A stretch of 64,000 bases of DNA from Amoebidium appalachense (GCA_963693365.1 CAVNZM010000018.1:863861-927860), one strand, 5' to 3'; counted from the stretch's first letter, positions 34,313 through 57,677 are shown. The notes: a model not told the origin generated them from the sequence alone. Numbers and translations: made by a program.

Positions 34313-35371
34313 CACACACCCACCCACCCACCCACACCCACACACAAACGCACACACAAACACACACACACACACCTAATAAGTAAAATAATACCAAAAA
34401 GAATCGGAATTTCGGTACAGAACTGCAAGTGGAACAGTGCTGTTTTTGAAACAAGCCACCCCTTCTGATCACTAACCCTCCCCCCCCCCCCCCCCCCCCC
34501 TCCCCCACCTCCTTCCCCCTCCCAGCCCCCCTGAGGCGGAGGAATACCTGGACCTCTCGTTGCTGGAGCCAACAGACACAGTGCCCACGGTAGGTGGCCA
34601 CCACACAAACACACACTGGTTGGCGACTATCTTTGTGCACCCAATAGCATGGTGCTGGGTGGTCTAGACTCTAGGCATCAGTGCACAAACACAGCAATAG
34701 GAAATCTAGATGGTAACACAGCAAGGTGGAGCACACAACACCCAGATATAGAACACAGCAAGGTGGCGCACACACACCTTTTTAGCACGGGGACGTGGTG
34801 TGCACTAGTGCTTGTTCTATGCACTGTTCACAGCATGGCACTGTGTGTGCTTGCTGCTAACCATCATCCACAGGTGCCCGATGTGACCGTGCCCAGCCCC
34901 CAGCCCACAAACACCACAGACAGTGAAGTACCCAGGAAGAAACCTGCACCCCACCAAGGCCTCCACACCGCCTGTGCAGGCCACATGGCACACACGGCCA
35001 ACGCACCCAAATCCAAGAGGTCACACAAGAAGGCACGACCCCCACCCATTGCCAACACCACCAAGCCCACTAAGAGATCGCACAAGAAGAAGGAACCAGC
35101 AAGGGCCACAGATAGCTCGGCCACCACCACTGCAAGGTCTCACAAGAAGAAGACACAGCCAGCCAAAAAGACCCCCACCAGCAGGCCACCAAAGGCAGCA
35201 GGCAGCAAGCAGGGCAGCACATGTGCCGGTCAGGGGGCAAAGCGCAGGGGCAGGCCCCCCAAGGCCACAGGCCAGACCAGAGGGCCGTCCCCCATCGACC
35301 CCATGCTGCTGGCCCTGGCAAATAGGAGCCCATACAAGCTCAGACGCATGCAAAGGGGATGCATTAGCTAG
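33309..35371 (+). CDS. Low-complexity nuclear-type protein with CCHC zinc knuckle and AT-hook-like motif; spliced, start uncertain
   Basis: Exon ~33309-33978 contains KKKKPFVCSLCQQPGHNRGKCP (CX2CX4HX4C). A probable exon lies at ~34526-34589. The last exon, 34874-35371, has RSHKK x3 and KRRGRPPK. Phase between exons is not fully resolved. Confidence 0.6.
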
Positions 35372-36253
35372 CCAACAGCACACCATTGGTGCTGTGTATG
35401 TACTGAGATGTAGGCAAACATTGATTCGAAAAGAGGGGGTGCATTAGCTAGCCAACAGCACACCATTGGTGCTGTGTATGTACTGAGATGTAGGCAAACA
35501 TTGATTCGAAAAGAGGGGGTGCATTAGCTAGCCAACAGCACACCATTGGTGCTGTGTATGCACTGAGATGTAGGCAAACATTGATTCGAAAAGAGGGGGT
35601 GCATTAGCTAGCCAACAGCACACCATTGGTGCTGTGTATGTACTGAGATGTAGGCAAACATTGATTCGAAAAGAGGGGGTGCATGAGCTAACCAACAGCA
35701 CACCATTGGTGCTGTGTATGTACTGAGATGTAGGCAAACATTGATTCGAATTTCGAAAAGAGGGGGTGCATTAGCTAGCCAACAGCACACCATTGGTGCT
35801 GTGTATGCACTGAGATGTAGGCAAACATTGATTCGAAAAGAGGGGCCGGTGCATTAGCTAGCCAACAGCACACAATTGGTGCTGTGTATGTACTGAGATG
35901 TAGGCAAACATTGATTCGAAAAGAGGGGGTGCATTAGCTAGCCAACAGCACACCATTGGTGCTGTGTATGTACTGAGATGTAGGCAAACATTGATTCGAA
36001 AAGAGGGGGTGCATTAGCTAGCCAACAGCACACCATTGGTGCTGTGTATGTACTGAGATGTAGGCAAACATTGATTCGAAAAGAGGGGGTGCATTAGCTA
36101 GCCAACAGCACACCATTGGTGCTGTGTATGTACTGAGATGTAGGCAAACATTGATTCGAAAAGAGGGGGTGCATTAGCTAGCCAACAGCACACCATTGGT
36201 GCTATGTATGTACTGAGATGTAGGCAAACATTGATTCGAAAAGAGGGGGTGCA
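35361..36253. repeat. 80-bp tandem array, 11 copies
   Basis: Unit gcattagctagccaacagcacaccattggtgctgtgtatgtactgagatgtaggcaaacattgattcgaaaagagggggt. Copies start at 35361, 35441, 35521, 35601, 35681, 35768, 35851, 35931, 36011, 36091 and 36171. Confidence 0.97.
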
Positions 36254-36397
36254 GGTGTGGTACGCACACACCCGACACACACATCTACCGTCGCTACGTT
36301 TTCTGATTCGCACCACTATGTTCTAGATTACGAATGACCATACAATCCACCAATACATATACCCATTCATGCATGTGTCTATATGTGCCCTTGTTTG

Positions 36398-46240
<9,843 letters not shown>

Positions 46241-47661
46241 GGTGGCTGCCGGCCTTGCCTCCTGCCGCCCTTCACGCTGCACCGCACCCCTATGCGTATA
46301 TGCACTACTGGGCCTGGTATGATAGCTCGGCACTCAAAACCTTATTAGTCTGGCGCCGTGCATATGAAAATGGCAAACCAACACTCGAGGTCGAGGAAAG
46401 TAGCCGACACTAGAATAACTAATTAGCTCTGTACACTGCGAAGCCTGCGAAGCCGGTGCCTTGAAGCTTCGGCCAAAGTCTGACTGAGTCTGCCTGTCTG
46501 CCTGTCTACAGCCATGATAGAGCACTAGGATCAGATCGTTTGCGTAACAGATTTCATCCAATCACCAGCACGAATACTATTTCTTGACCAATCATTAAAC
46601 AGACGGGTGAAAATAGATCTGTGGTTACGTAACACTGTGTGCACGGCCTGCAGGCTGCACCGCGCGCGACTCAGTTGCCGCCGCTTGAACTCGCTGTTTA
46701 CTACTGCTGTTCGCGTAGGGGCCCCCCCGGCCAACTCGGCCTTTTTCCACAACGGGGCCATTTGGTTGGCTGGCACGTGGTCACGTCGGTGCGGTCAGCG
46801 GCGGTCTGCTCTGGCGTCCACGTAACGGTCCATCACCAGCGAGGCTCATTTCGAGGCACTCGTTCCGTCTTTGCCATTCCGCCCCGGCTGGCCATTTGCC
46901 CGCACTCACACCGACGCACAAACGCACAGCTATGTGGGCCACATACATGCACACAACAACAGCCATATGCAGCACGCGCACACGTACACTCACCTACATG
47001 ATCGTCGACACACCACACCTACAGCACAAAAACACACATGTACATATACCGCGTAGCTCGCACAAACAAGCATCCGCACGCGCAGAATGGCCGCCAGTAG
47101 TATTTAATACACATATAAATCCATAGCGGGCACACAAGAACGCCGAGGAATGAGCACATATTAATTACTACATCACATACACAACATGCGGGGTTACATA
47201 GCACACTAAGTGCACTCCGCACACGTACACACGAGAGCACGTGTGCATCCCCACACGCGCAAGTAGGTACACATACACACGGGGAGGGAATGAGAAAGAA
47301 AGGGGGGGGAGGGGAAGGGGGGGGAGCGAAGAGAGGGAGAAAGAGAGGGAGGGAGAGAAAGGCAGAAGAAGAGGGGGAGGGAGAGCCTGGGGGGGGGGGG
47401 GGGGGGGGAGAAGATATAGAAGCTGAAAGAGCGTGTGTGTGTATATATACATGTGACGGACACACTTTGTGCGATAGACCTTTCCCCGACAACCAATTCA
47501 TTAACTATTAAGATAGCGCTGATCTAAGTTTTTCGGTGTTTTTTAATTTTTTTCTCCCCGGGGGGGGGGGGGGGAGGCCAGGGGTGTGTGTGTGTGGGGG
47601 GGGGGGGGGGGGAGGGGGGGGGGGACAAGGGGTGGGTAGGTGGGTGGGTGGGTGGGTGGGT

Positions 47662-47699
<38 letters not shown>

Positions 47700-47764
47700 C
47701 TGGAAGGAGCCGGGGGAGCTAGCAGGGGGGAGGCCGCCGCCGGCCGGGCTTCAGGCGGTGGCAC

Positions 47765-48210
47765 CAGTGCACGTGCATGCATATGTCTGTGTGTGCGTGA
47801 ATGCATTTTTCTGTGTGTAATTATAATAATTAAAGTGCGTGACTGCATGCATATGCCTGTGTGCACGTGCATGCATATGTCTGTGTGTGCGTGAATGCAT
47901 TTTTCTGTGTGTAATTATAAGTGCGTGACTGCATGCATATGCCTGTGTGCACGTGCATGCATATGCCGGTGTGTGCAATGTTGCAATGTGCATGCGTTCA
48001 TCTGTAGGTGCACGTGCAAGCATCTACCTGTAAAAAGCACGTGCATGCATGTGCCTGTGTGTAAGTGCACGTGCATGCATATGCCTGTGTGTGAGTACCA
48101 CATGCATGCATATGCCTGTGTGTAGGTGCAGCAGGCATGCATATGCCTGTGTGTAGGTACAGCAGGCATGCATTCGACTGTCTGCATTGTAGGTGCACGT
48201 GCATGCAATG
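47765..48210. repeat. RY-alternating degenerate satellite (GTGCACGTGCATGCATATGCCTGTGT)
   Basis: Multiple diverged copies, including a longer duplication (~47765-47950). Confidence 0.8.
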
Positions 48211-48523
48211 GCTGTGGCTACAACTAGTTAGTACTAGGCCTCCTAATGCAGCTCTGTATAAATTTGCTGTGTCTAGAACATGCAAATGCCGGGCAGGGCA
48301 CCAGGCCAGGCCCACGGCGTACCAACATGACGTCAGCATGTGGCCAGCTGCATGCATGCAACCAGGTGTTGGCTATGCAGTGCATGCAAGCCTTATGTGG
48401 GCCCCCATGCTGTTGTAGGTCAAAACCTCCCCCCACCTCCCCCCTCCCCTCCCCGCTTTTTTTCCCTTTTTTTTTTTTTTTTTTTTTTTTTGTGGTGGTG
48501 GTGGTGGTGGTGGTGGTGGTGGT

Positions 48524-48559
<36 letters not shown>

Positions 48560-49154
48560 CGGCCGCGACTGGGTTGCTGGATCCTCTTCGAATTCATCCT
48601 CCCTGCAGTGCACCTGTCTACGCCATTAACGGTCCGTTAACCTCATGACAGTGCATGTGTGTCTGCTGGCATCCCCCCATCCATGCTTGGGCACACCCAG
48701 GTGTTAAAAAAATGGGCCCTGCTGTTGCTATCATAATGGGCTCGTGAGGCATTGGGTGCCCACAGCACCGACAAGCCAATAATAACTGCTACTCGGCACT
48801 GCAAATGGCCACCGTTACATGTCGTGTTCCGGGTGGTGATCACATGCACGCCATGTGTATGCGTGCACAATATCCAATGAATTTGTCAATCACACCACAA
48901 AAGAGCACCTAGGGCATGGGATGGGGTGGGGACAAGGGGGCGGGGAAAGGGGGGGGGGGGGGGGGGGGGGGGGAGGGGGGGGGAGGGGGGGATGGTGCAG
49001 CATCACATGCGCACATGGACATGTGGTGTTGGGATAGTGGGATTGGTATCACTGTGGGCCACCGTCCAGCGGTGGGGCACACCACCCCCATGCATTGGGT
49101 TGGTGCTGTCCATTTGCTGCTAGGGTGGGCTAAATATAGCGCCGAGGGCTAATC

Positions 49155-49398
49155 TTAGCTCTGCAGGAATGTGCTGACGTCACCCAGCCAGCGCATGTAC
49201 TCACGCTGCTCCTTGCTTGCATACAGCAGCTGCCCACCAGCGTCAGTGCTTGCCCAAAAACACACCACACCTGGAATAGGGGGCATGCACAAATACCCGT
49301 GCCTGCCCACCAACCCCTATCCCTTGAATAAAACTTCGACCTATCTTTTCCATCCCCCTCACCCTGCCCCTCCCCACCCCCCACCCCCCCATCCCACT

Positions 49399-49432
<34 letters not shown>

Positions 49433-50830
49433 AAAAAAACCTTGGTAATAATAATAATAATAACAGTAATAATCCCTGTGATCTCAAACCTTCTCACCCC
49501 CAATCATCTAGTACTCTGGTCACAATGACCACACCAAACCCACCATAGGGGGTGTTGTGCCCTCTCCGTCCCTGCCCAGCCCCCCTACCCTCCTCCCCCT
49601 ACCCCCCCCCACCCTCCTCCCCCTACCCCCCCCTACCCCCCCCCCTACCCCCCCCCCCCCCCCTCCCTCCTGGGTCCGCCCCGAAAAGCACACATATGTG
49701 CACCACCCAGCCCCCCTCACCTGCACAAAGGCACAGAAGTCTCCGTCGATGTGCCTAGCCAGCAGATACTCTCTGAACTTCTGCTGCAGGTCCTACAACA
49801 AAACATGGGCTGTCAGCTAACTATTCCCCTCTTCTCTCCCTTCTTCCCCCCGCATAATGGCAGAAATCCCAAACCATTAAAGATTTTTACACGCCAATTT
49901 TGGCAGTAGATAACCATAAAAGACCAGTCATGTCACTCTGCTGTATAACTTTGTCAGCCAGTTAAGGCTGCGGCGCTGCCTGCTGGACTACTATACCCAC
50001 GAAATATTATTGTAAACATCATAATCTTTCAGGAAACAAATGTTTCCAAAACACAAAAAAAAAAAAACTTTTGGTGGATCATAATGTGGCTACAAATCCA
50101 GCCAGTTCAAAACGCCATCATGCCCCCCCCACGTACCGGGTCCAGCTCATCGGGCTGTGGGCCAGGGTAGGCATGGCCCCTGACCCGGGCATCGTCCACT
50201 GTCTGCGGGTCTGCACACGGGTCAGATGCATCCGTGTGCTGTGCATGTACACACACACACACCCACACAGCTACTTGGGCATGTTGCCCTGCCTGGGCAC
50301 TTGGTGTGTTGGCCGTGTCACACGACTAAGGCCCACTAAGAGGGTCAGAGGGTTTGCAGGCACCAACCACCAGACATCTATGCACACACTCCCACCTCGT
50401 CCGATATACTTCCACCCTCCTATCTCGACCGCAATATATATCCACCCACCCACCTATCTCGACCGCAATATATATCCACCCACCCTCCTATCTAGCCCGC
50501 AATATATATCCACCCACCCTCCTATCTCGACCGGATATACATATCTCGCCACTCTCCTATCTTGACCGACCCATAATCACCCACCCATCCCCCCACCTGC
50601 GGCCCTGCTGTCATGCTCCAGATACAGCTGGTCTATCTCGTAGTCCCCCCTGTAGACCATCAGCTCAAACACCAACGTGCCGTGGTCCACCGTGCCCTGC
50701 ACTGCTCACTCAGTCTCCATCCCCCCCTCCCCCCCCTTCCCCCCCCCAACCCTCACCCCCCCTACCGTCTGCTTGGTCACTAGGATGTCCACGGGAACTG
50801 CCGCCAGCTGCAACCCCAGTCAGTCAGTCC

Positions 50831-50861
<31 letters not shown>

Positions 50862-52486
50862 AAAAAAAAAAAAAAAAACAAAAAAAAACACACACTTCCC
50901 TTCCCCATCCACCCACCACAAAAGCACCCAAGGGCGAGCTCAAAAAAAGAAGAAAAAGAAAAAACAAAAGCAAACACAGCCCAACACACATGGGTCCTAC
51001 CTCGTCCTCTGAGGCCTCGGGGTCCATCAACACTAACCGTGCCACCACCCTGTCCCGATTTAGTCAGCAGCCTGCCACACCCACACACCAAAGCCCCCAC
51101 CCCCCTCACCCAACCACCACCCACCTACCCACCCACCCACCCACCCACCCATGCCCCCATCCCAGCCACCCAGCCAGGCACCCATGCACCCACCCACCCA
51201 ACCATGCACCCACCCACCCAACCATGCACCCACCCAACCATGCACCCACCCACCGACCTACCCATGCACCCACGCACCCACGCACGCACCCACCCACCCA
51301 GCCAACTCAGCCATGTGCCCATGCACTCGGACACGTACTCACCCAGCCACCCACCCAGCCACCCACCCATTAACCCACCCAACCCAACCCCTCAACCACC
51401 CAACCACCCACCCAGCCACATTCAGCCAACCACATGTATCCCCCCCCCCCCCCCCTCCCCCCCACACACACCCCACCCCCCACCCACCTCTCGTTACCCA
51501 GCTGTGCCACCAGGCGCAATTCTCTGTCTCCAGGCTCGTGCACCATCTGCCCCACCAGTCAGCCCACCCTTCCCCTTCTCCCACCCTTCCCCAGGCCCCA
51601 ACCCTTCCCCACCTGCCACGGTGCCCTCTCCAGGTACCTAGCCAGCTCTCTGGGCTCTGCGTAGTCTCTCTCCTCCTCGGCTGCCTGCTCTGCCAGTCGG
51701 CTGCTCAGTGCCTGGGCTGTGCGCTGCAGCCGCTGTGCTGCAAGTGCCCCCCCTGCACAGGGTGTAAGACAGGGGTGCGGTAGATCGGGTGGAGGGAGGG
51801 AGGGGGTGACGGAGGGGAAGGTAGAGAGTGTGTGCGCTTAAAGAGAAAGCCAAGCATTATAACAAAAGAATGTAGGTGGAGGCAGGACGAGTGATGGGTG
51901 TGGAGGTGAGGACAACAAGCAAATCATGAGAGGGAAGAGCCATGCAGCAAATGCACAAGCCCAGGAGGTGGGTTTGGTGATAACAGGCTGTATGTGTGTG
52001 TGTGTGTATGTGGTGCGTGTGTGTGCGTGTCCGTGTGTTTGTGCGCGCGCGCGTAAATTTGCCTGAGAGGTAAAATAGGAAGACACTACGTAAAGAAACG
52101 GTGCTGTGTGATATCATGGTTCTAGGTCTCACGGAGAAAGCAAATGTGAATGTACGTGTCCCCCCCCCCCCTCTCCCCCCACCCTCCTCCTCCTCACCCT
52201 TCCCACACACACACGCGCGCGCACCCACACTTTGCGAGCTTGTCTGTGTGCTAATGGCTGCCCGCTTCCCTGCCACTGGGACGTGAGCTTATGCCTGTCT
52301 CCCCCCCGGGGTTATGCTTCAAGGGAGGGACGTACGTGTGTCTGTGGCGTAGTTTCTGGCTGTGCGTGTCTGCTGCCACGTCCTCACACAGCCCGCCGGC
52401 CGGAGCGTGGCGGCAGGCAGTGCCCGCGCAGCAGGCCGGGGGGCGGCCTGGCAGGCACAGCGCCACAGTGCGCGTGCAGCCTTCAT
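49155..52486 (-). CDS. MAM33: Mitochondrial acidic matrix glycoprotein (MAM33/C1QBP family)
   Basis: ATG at 52486 begins an Arg/Ala-rich presequence MKAARALWRCACQAAPRPAARAL. Later exons give YPGPQPDELDP|DLQQKFREYLLARHIDGDFCAFVQ|LLYASKEQREYMRWLGDVSTFLQS*, the family's characteristic C-terminus. Confidence 0.88.
50398..50570. repeat. Intronic ~33-35-bp minisatellite
   Basis: The unit tatatatccacccaccctcctatctcgaccgcaa is repeated about 5 times. Confidence 0.8.
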
Positions 52487-52734
52487 AGTGCCTGTGTGTA
52501 CGTGTGTGCGGTGCTACTGGAGGGAGAACAAGCCGGCCTGCCTGTCTTTCTACTTTTCAATAGGCGCTGTGCGTGCACTTGCACCACTGCTCTCACGCAA
52601 ACCCTCCTGTTGTGCCTGTCACCCACCTACTACCACAGTAACTACATATCGTGTGCACTTGCGCATGCACTTGAAAGCCAGCCGAAAGCCTGGCTCAACT
52701 ACCTTCCATATAAGGCTTTTTGAAGCTGTACGGT

Positions 52735-52825
52735 TAACCAATCAAATGCGTGTGGCTTTAGGTAAGCCAATCAGCAATTAGATCTGCTGCGTTCCACGCG
52801 ACCAGCCCCCCAGCTATATAAAGGC
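52735..52825. promoter_or_regulatory. Bidirectional promoter between MAM33 and bHLH genes: two CCAAT boxes plus TATA
   Basis: CCAATCA at ~52738 and ~52767, TATATAAA at ~52815. The start codons are only ~450 bp apart. Confidence 0.6.
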
Positions 52826-52939
52826 GGCTGGTGGGGCAGACCAGCACACCTGCATGACGGCAGCACGGGCCCACTAACATCCACTGTGGCAGCACTCACA
52901 GTAGCTGACGGTCTCTGGAACTGCAGGTCCACCAAAACA

Positions 52940-53914
52940 ATGGCAAGGTATGTGCGCCTCATTGTGCACTGGGTTTCAGGTGCACACACATAGATGCTGC
53001 AGCTGTGCTTGCATTAGCTGGGTGCCCTTAAAAAAAAATTAAAAAGATTTAGATCTTATCCTACACTATTGAGCCTTTTGTATACACACAGCCCTTTTTG
53101 TATGGCCATGGAACCTACATAACACATGTAGTTGTGCACGCGGCATGCACACAGCTGCAACAAGGATGCATGCATCACAACCATGGCCATGCCGTGCCAA
53201 ACATTGTAGATGAAACGGGGTTGGCATGTGCCCTCTATTAAATGTTTGCCATATTATTCTTACTTTTTGCTCCCCCCTTCCAGCCGTCCACCTGCCCTCC
53301 ACCTGGACTTTCTCCCCCCCCTGGGCAGCCGCCTTGGCACCACACTGTCCCCGGAATGGCCGCTACTGAGCCCCCCCTCATTTCTGTCTGACGGGGATGA
53401 CTGCATCACCGCGTCCTTTGCAGGCCTGCAGCCACAGTCTGTGTCCCCAGCCAGCCCCCACACGGCACGGGCCAGCCAGCACACGATCACGCCGTCCACC
53501 AGCCCAACACCAATCACACATGCACGCAGGTGGGTAAGGTCTGGTGGGTGGGGATGGTATTGTAGCTATGGCCACACATGGGTTGTGCACGAGAAATAGG
53601 GCGCCCCGAGGGTAATGTGAGAAAGCCACAGGAAATCAAACCAATGATTCGTTGTTGCTTTCCTTCATCTTATTAATTCCTCCGTCTATTCTTTAGATTT
53701 CGTTAGCCTAAAACCGTTTTGGTGACGGTGGGGCCAACATGATTATTGATCCTTTCATGTGGCCAATAATTGGTAGACATGGGGTGCTGATGGCTCATTG
53801 CTACAGTGAGCCCGAGCTGGCCGTTGCCTCCACCGAACGGCGCAAGAGCAGACACCGCAGCTCAGAGAAGCGCAGGTAGGCAGTCTGGGTATGCACGTGT
53901 GCCATGGTGCACGG

Positions 53915-53945
<31 letters not shown>

Positions 53946-55019
53946 CGCGCGCGTATGCTTGCAAGACGTGTGTGTGCATTATACAAATTGCTATCCAGTA
54001 TGCACATTACTGATTGGTGGGTGATGCTGCAGGCGGGATGACCTGCGTGTTGTGTTTGTGGAGCTGATGCAGGCCCTGCCGTCCACCAAGAGGAGATACA
54101 GGAGGAGGGACCTGACACATGCTGCAATCCTGGACACAGGTACGCTTGCATCACCACACTCTTCCACTCTCAGCCCAGCATGGCACCGCACACACACAAA
54201 AAATGGCACCCGCACAGACAGGATGGCACACATGTACCATCAAATACATGCTAAACACACACCCCACCACCATAGTGGCCTCCCACGTACATACACACAC
54301 TTCAACACCACGACCACTAGTGTACACACACACACACACACACACACCAGCCAACCACTACACCACAACCACCCAGGTTCACAACCACAACAAATGTATG
54401 CACACCTCCACCATTTCAGTGGCATGACCATGGCTACACACTTACACAAACACACAGACACATCTCGTCCATACCCATTGGTACCCAAGGGCATGCAACC
54501 ACCCTAGTAATGGGAACAATATATTAGCATATACACAAACAGTTCTCTCCATGCTACCCCATCCCCCTGCACGCCCTGACCGCACCCATGCAGTGGTACG
54601 GCACATCCGCAACCTGCAGGAGCAGAAGGCCAGTCTGCAGGCCCAGTGTCTGGCCCAGCAACAGGCAAACCGCACCCTTGAGCAGTGGTGCGTACAGCCC
54701 CCCCTCTCCCTCCCCCACCTCCCTCCTCCCCTTCACCACTACACTCCTTCCACAATCTATCAGCCAAATCCCTCCATGCACCACATTGGAGATCAGCCAA
54801 ATCCCTCCATGTACCACATTGGAGGAACGTCCCACACACTTCCATGTTTATGAACGTCTCCTTGTACCTGCCACTATGTGTTTGCCTGGCCCACCCACCC
54901 TTTCGGTCCTGACACGCCCTAACCCCCCCCCCCCCCCTAGTGTGCATGACCTTGAGGTGCTGTCTGTGCCCCCTGTGGTGCCACTGGTCGACCCCCTGCC
55001 CCCCCTGGACCTGCAATGA
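52940..55019 (+). CDS. bHLH-leucine zipper transcription factor (Myc/Max/Mlx-like class)
   Basis: Phase-compatible exons 52940-52947, 53284-53529, 53806-53875, 54033-54139, 54594-54686 and 54941-55019 give RKSRHRSSEKRRRDDLRVVFVELMQALP..HAAILDTVVRHIRNLQEQKASLQ. The basic region has the H-E-R signature. Confidence 0.82.
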
Positions 55020-55371
55020 TTGCTGGCCCCCTGCTGCTTGCTGGCCATGAAGCAGATACCGTTGGGCTACAGCACTGGGTGGCCTGAACCTGCAGCCATG
55101 TGCATAGAGGCTACACATACGAGCTGGGACACGCATAGGTCGTATTTGCAAATATACATTTTACTTTTACCGTTTTATTAACGCCACATTCCACATCACC
55201 GTCCTTTGGATGGGTACCATGTACATAGCTAAGAACGATAGGCTTAAAGGGTACCAGTTGACCAATAAAGATAGTGCCGGCTTGTGCCGCTTTAATAACC
55301 ATCCATGCCTGCACCTTGGCAGCAGCCATGTGCACGTGGATGCCCTGCCGCATGGGCCGCACTTGATCAAC

Positions 55372-55530
55372 CCATTTATGGCAACAAACATGCCCTGCCT
55401 GTGCACCCATATATGGCAACAAACATGCCCTGCCTGTGCACCCATATATGGCAACAAGCATGCCCTGCCTGTGCCACCCATATATGGCAACACTGTGCCC
55501 TGCCTGTGCACCCATACATGGCAACTAACA
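55372..55530. repeat. ~36-bp minisatellite downstream of the bHLH gene
   Basis: The unit atatggcaacaaacatgccctgcctgtgcaccc is repeated about 4.5 times. Confidence 0.85.
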
Positions 55531-56100
55531 TGACACTGAGCACAGGAGATGCGCCTCCCACACAGCACACATCCAAATGGCACCTCAACTTGGCCCCCCT
55601 CCTCTCCCCCCCCCCTCCCCCCTCCCCCCCACCCACCTACCCACCCCCTCCGGGTAGCTTTCTTCCAATTTCTGGACCAAACGATTTACTTATCCAACTG
55701 CTGCCGTATTCCTTGTTGCTAGCTGCCCTCACAATACTTAGCCCTCTATGACCAAGCAGTGGGGTATGGAAGTCTTGCGTGCGGCGTGTATGCTCGTCCC
55801 CTTTCAAACTCAAATTTCTGCGTTCTGGAAGAAGCACGCCCGGTTGATCATGAACAAAAAAAGGTTTTTTATAACACGACCAGAAAAGTAGGGACTGTGC
55901 ACCTGTTATTACGTAATTGTTTGTTTTGGCGCGCATCGGTGAGCCGCCTTGACGCACCACCAAACATCAAGGGCCCAGCACATGTATTTACAACAGACGC
56001 AACCCGCACGGCGACCCTATGTAGGCCTTGAACCCTGTGCCGCTTCCTACCCTGCCCTCGTGGGTGAAGCGCCACCCCCCAGCCGCCGTGTGCGTGAGCC

Positions 56101-57641
56101 ATGAGTGACCAGGCCGGAACCAGTGACCCGGGGGCGCCCCCAGACGCCCCCGCCAAGAATCAGCCCCCCGCAGGCGTTAAGAATGAGCCCAAAGTAGGCG
56201 CTAAGGATGAGCCCCCCATAGGGGCTAACAACGAGCAGCCCACAGACGGCCCCGCAAGGGATGTGCAGCCCCCAGATGTTAAGGATGATCCGATCGAAGA
56301 TGTTAGAGATGAGCAGCCCCAAGATGTTGAGGATGAGCAGCCCCAAGATGTTGGGGATGATCTGATCGAAGATGTTAAAGTTGAGCAGCCCCCAGATGTT
56401 AAGGATGAGCAGCCCTCAGATGTTAAGGATGAGCGGCCCGCAGTAGATGTTAAAAAAGAACAGCCCGCAGTAGATGTCAAGGATGAGCCGATCAAAATAG
56501 TCAAGACTGAGCCACTCACAGACGCTAAGACCGAGCAGGCCAAGCCCCCCACCCCCCTCCTCGCTGCTCCAAACCCCAACGGTGTGGCGCCTCCACAGCC
56601 CCCCGCCCATCCCATTCCCAACACTGTGCCGGCAGCTGCAGACCGGCCTCAGTCCACAAGCAGGCCTGCACCGGGCACAGTGCCACTGCCAGAGGTGCGT
56701 GCTGGTGTGAGGGGGGAGGGGGGGATCTAGTGATGACAGGGGTGCAGGCAGTTGCTGTGGACGAACAGGGCAACCCCACAGAGCGGATATGCTTTAGCAA
56801 CGACCCGGACAGGATGGTCCCCTTCAGATACTGTGTATGTGCCCACACCCCTCACATCTACACTGTGTATGTGCCCATACCCCTCACACTTTGCCTATGT
56901 GCCCACACCCCTCACACACTGCCTATGTGCCCACACCCCCCACACTTTGCCTATGTGCCCACACCCCCCACACTTTGCCTATGTGCCCACACCCCCCACA
57001 CTTTGCCTATGTGCCCACACCCCCCACACTTTGCCTATGTGCCCACACCCCCCACACTTTGCCTATGTGCCCACACCCCCCACACTTTGCCTATGTGCCC
57101 ACACCCCCCACACTTTGCCTATGTGCCCACACCCCCCACACTTTGCCTATGTGCCCACACCCCCCACACTTTGCCTATGTGCCCACACCCCCTACACTTT
57201 GCCTATGTGCCCACACCCCTCACACTTTGCCTATGTGCCCACACCCCCCACACACTGTGCATCCCCACACCCACCACATACGTATGCCCCCACACCTTCA
57301 ACCTGTTGGCAAAGATGTCCTTAGGGTGTACTGTTTGCGGATATATAATGGCACCCAAGTGGAGGGAGATGTTCCCCTTCCTTGTCTGTGCATGCTGGGT
57401 GTGTGCTGAGGGGGGGTGCAGGACAACTACATATCCACGGCCAAGTACACGGCATGGTCCTTTGTGCCCGTCAACCTGTTCGAGCAGTTCCAGGTGCGTG
57501 CCTGGAAGGGGGGGGGGGAGGAGGGGGGAGGGGGAAGACTAACGGGGGGTTGCAGCGGGTGGCCAACGTCTACTTCCTGCTGCTGCTGATTTTGCAGGTG
57601 TGCCTGCCTGCCTCCTGCCTGCCTGCCTGCCTGCCTGCCGG

Positions 57642-57677
<36 letters not shown>

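Noticed and set aside
35361-36253. CRISPR-like array
   Set aside because: Units are contiguous and near-identical with no unique spacers, no cas genes are present, and the context is eukaryotic.
46531-48900. Additional gene between ATP13A1 and MAM33
   Set aside because: Only short exon-like scraps (e.g. HCREDEFEEDP) that I could not join into a supported model.
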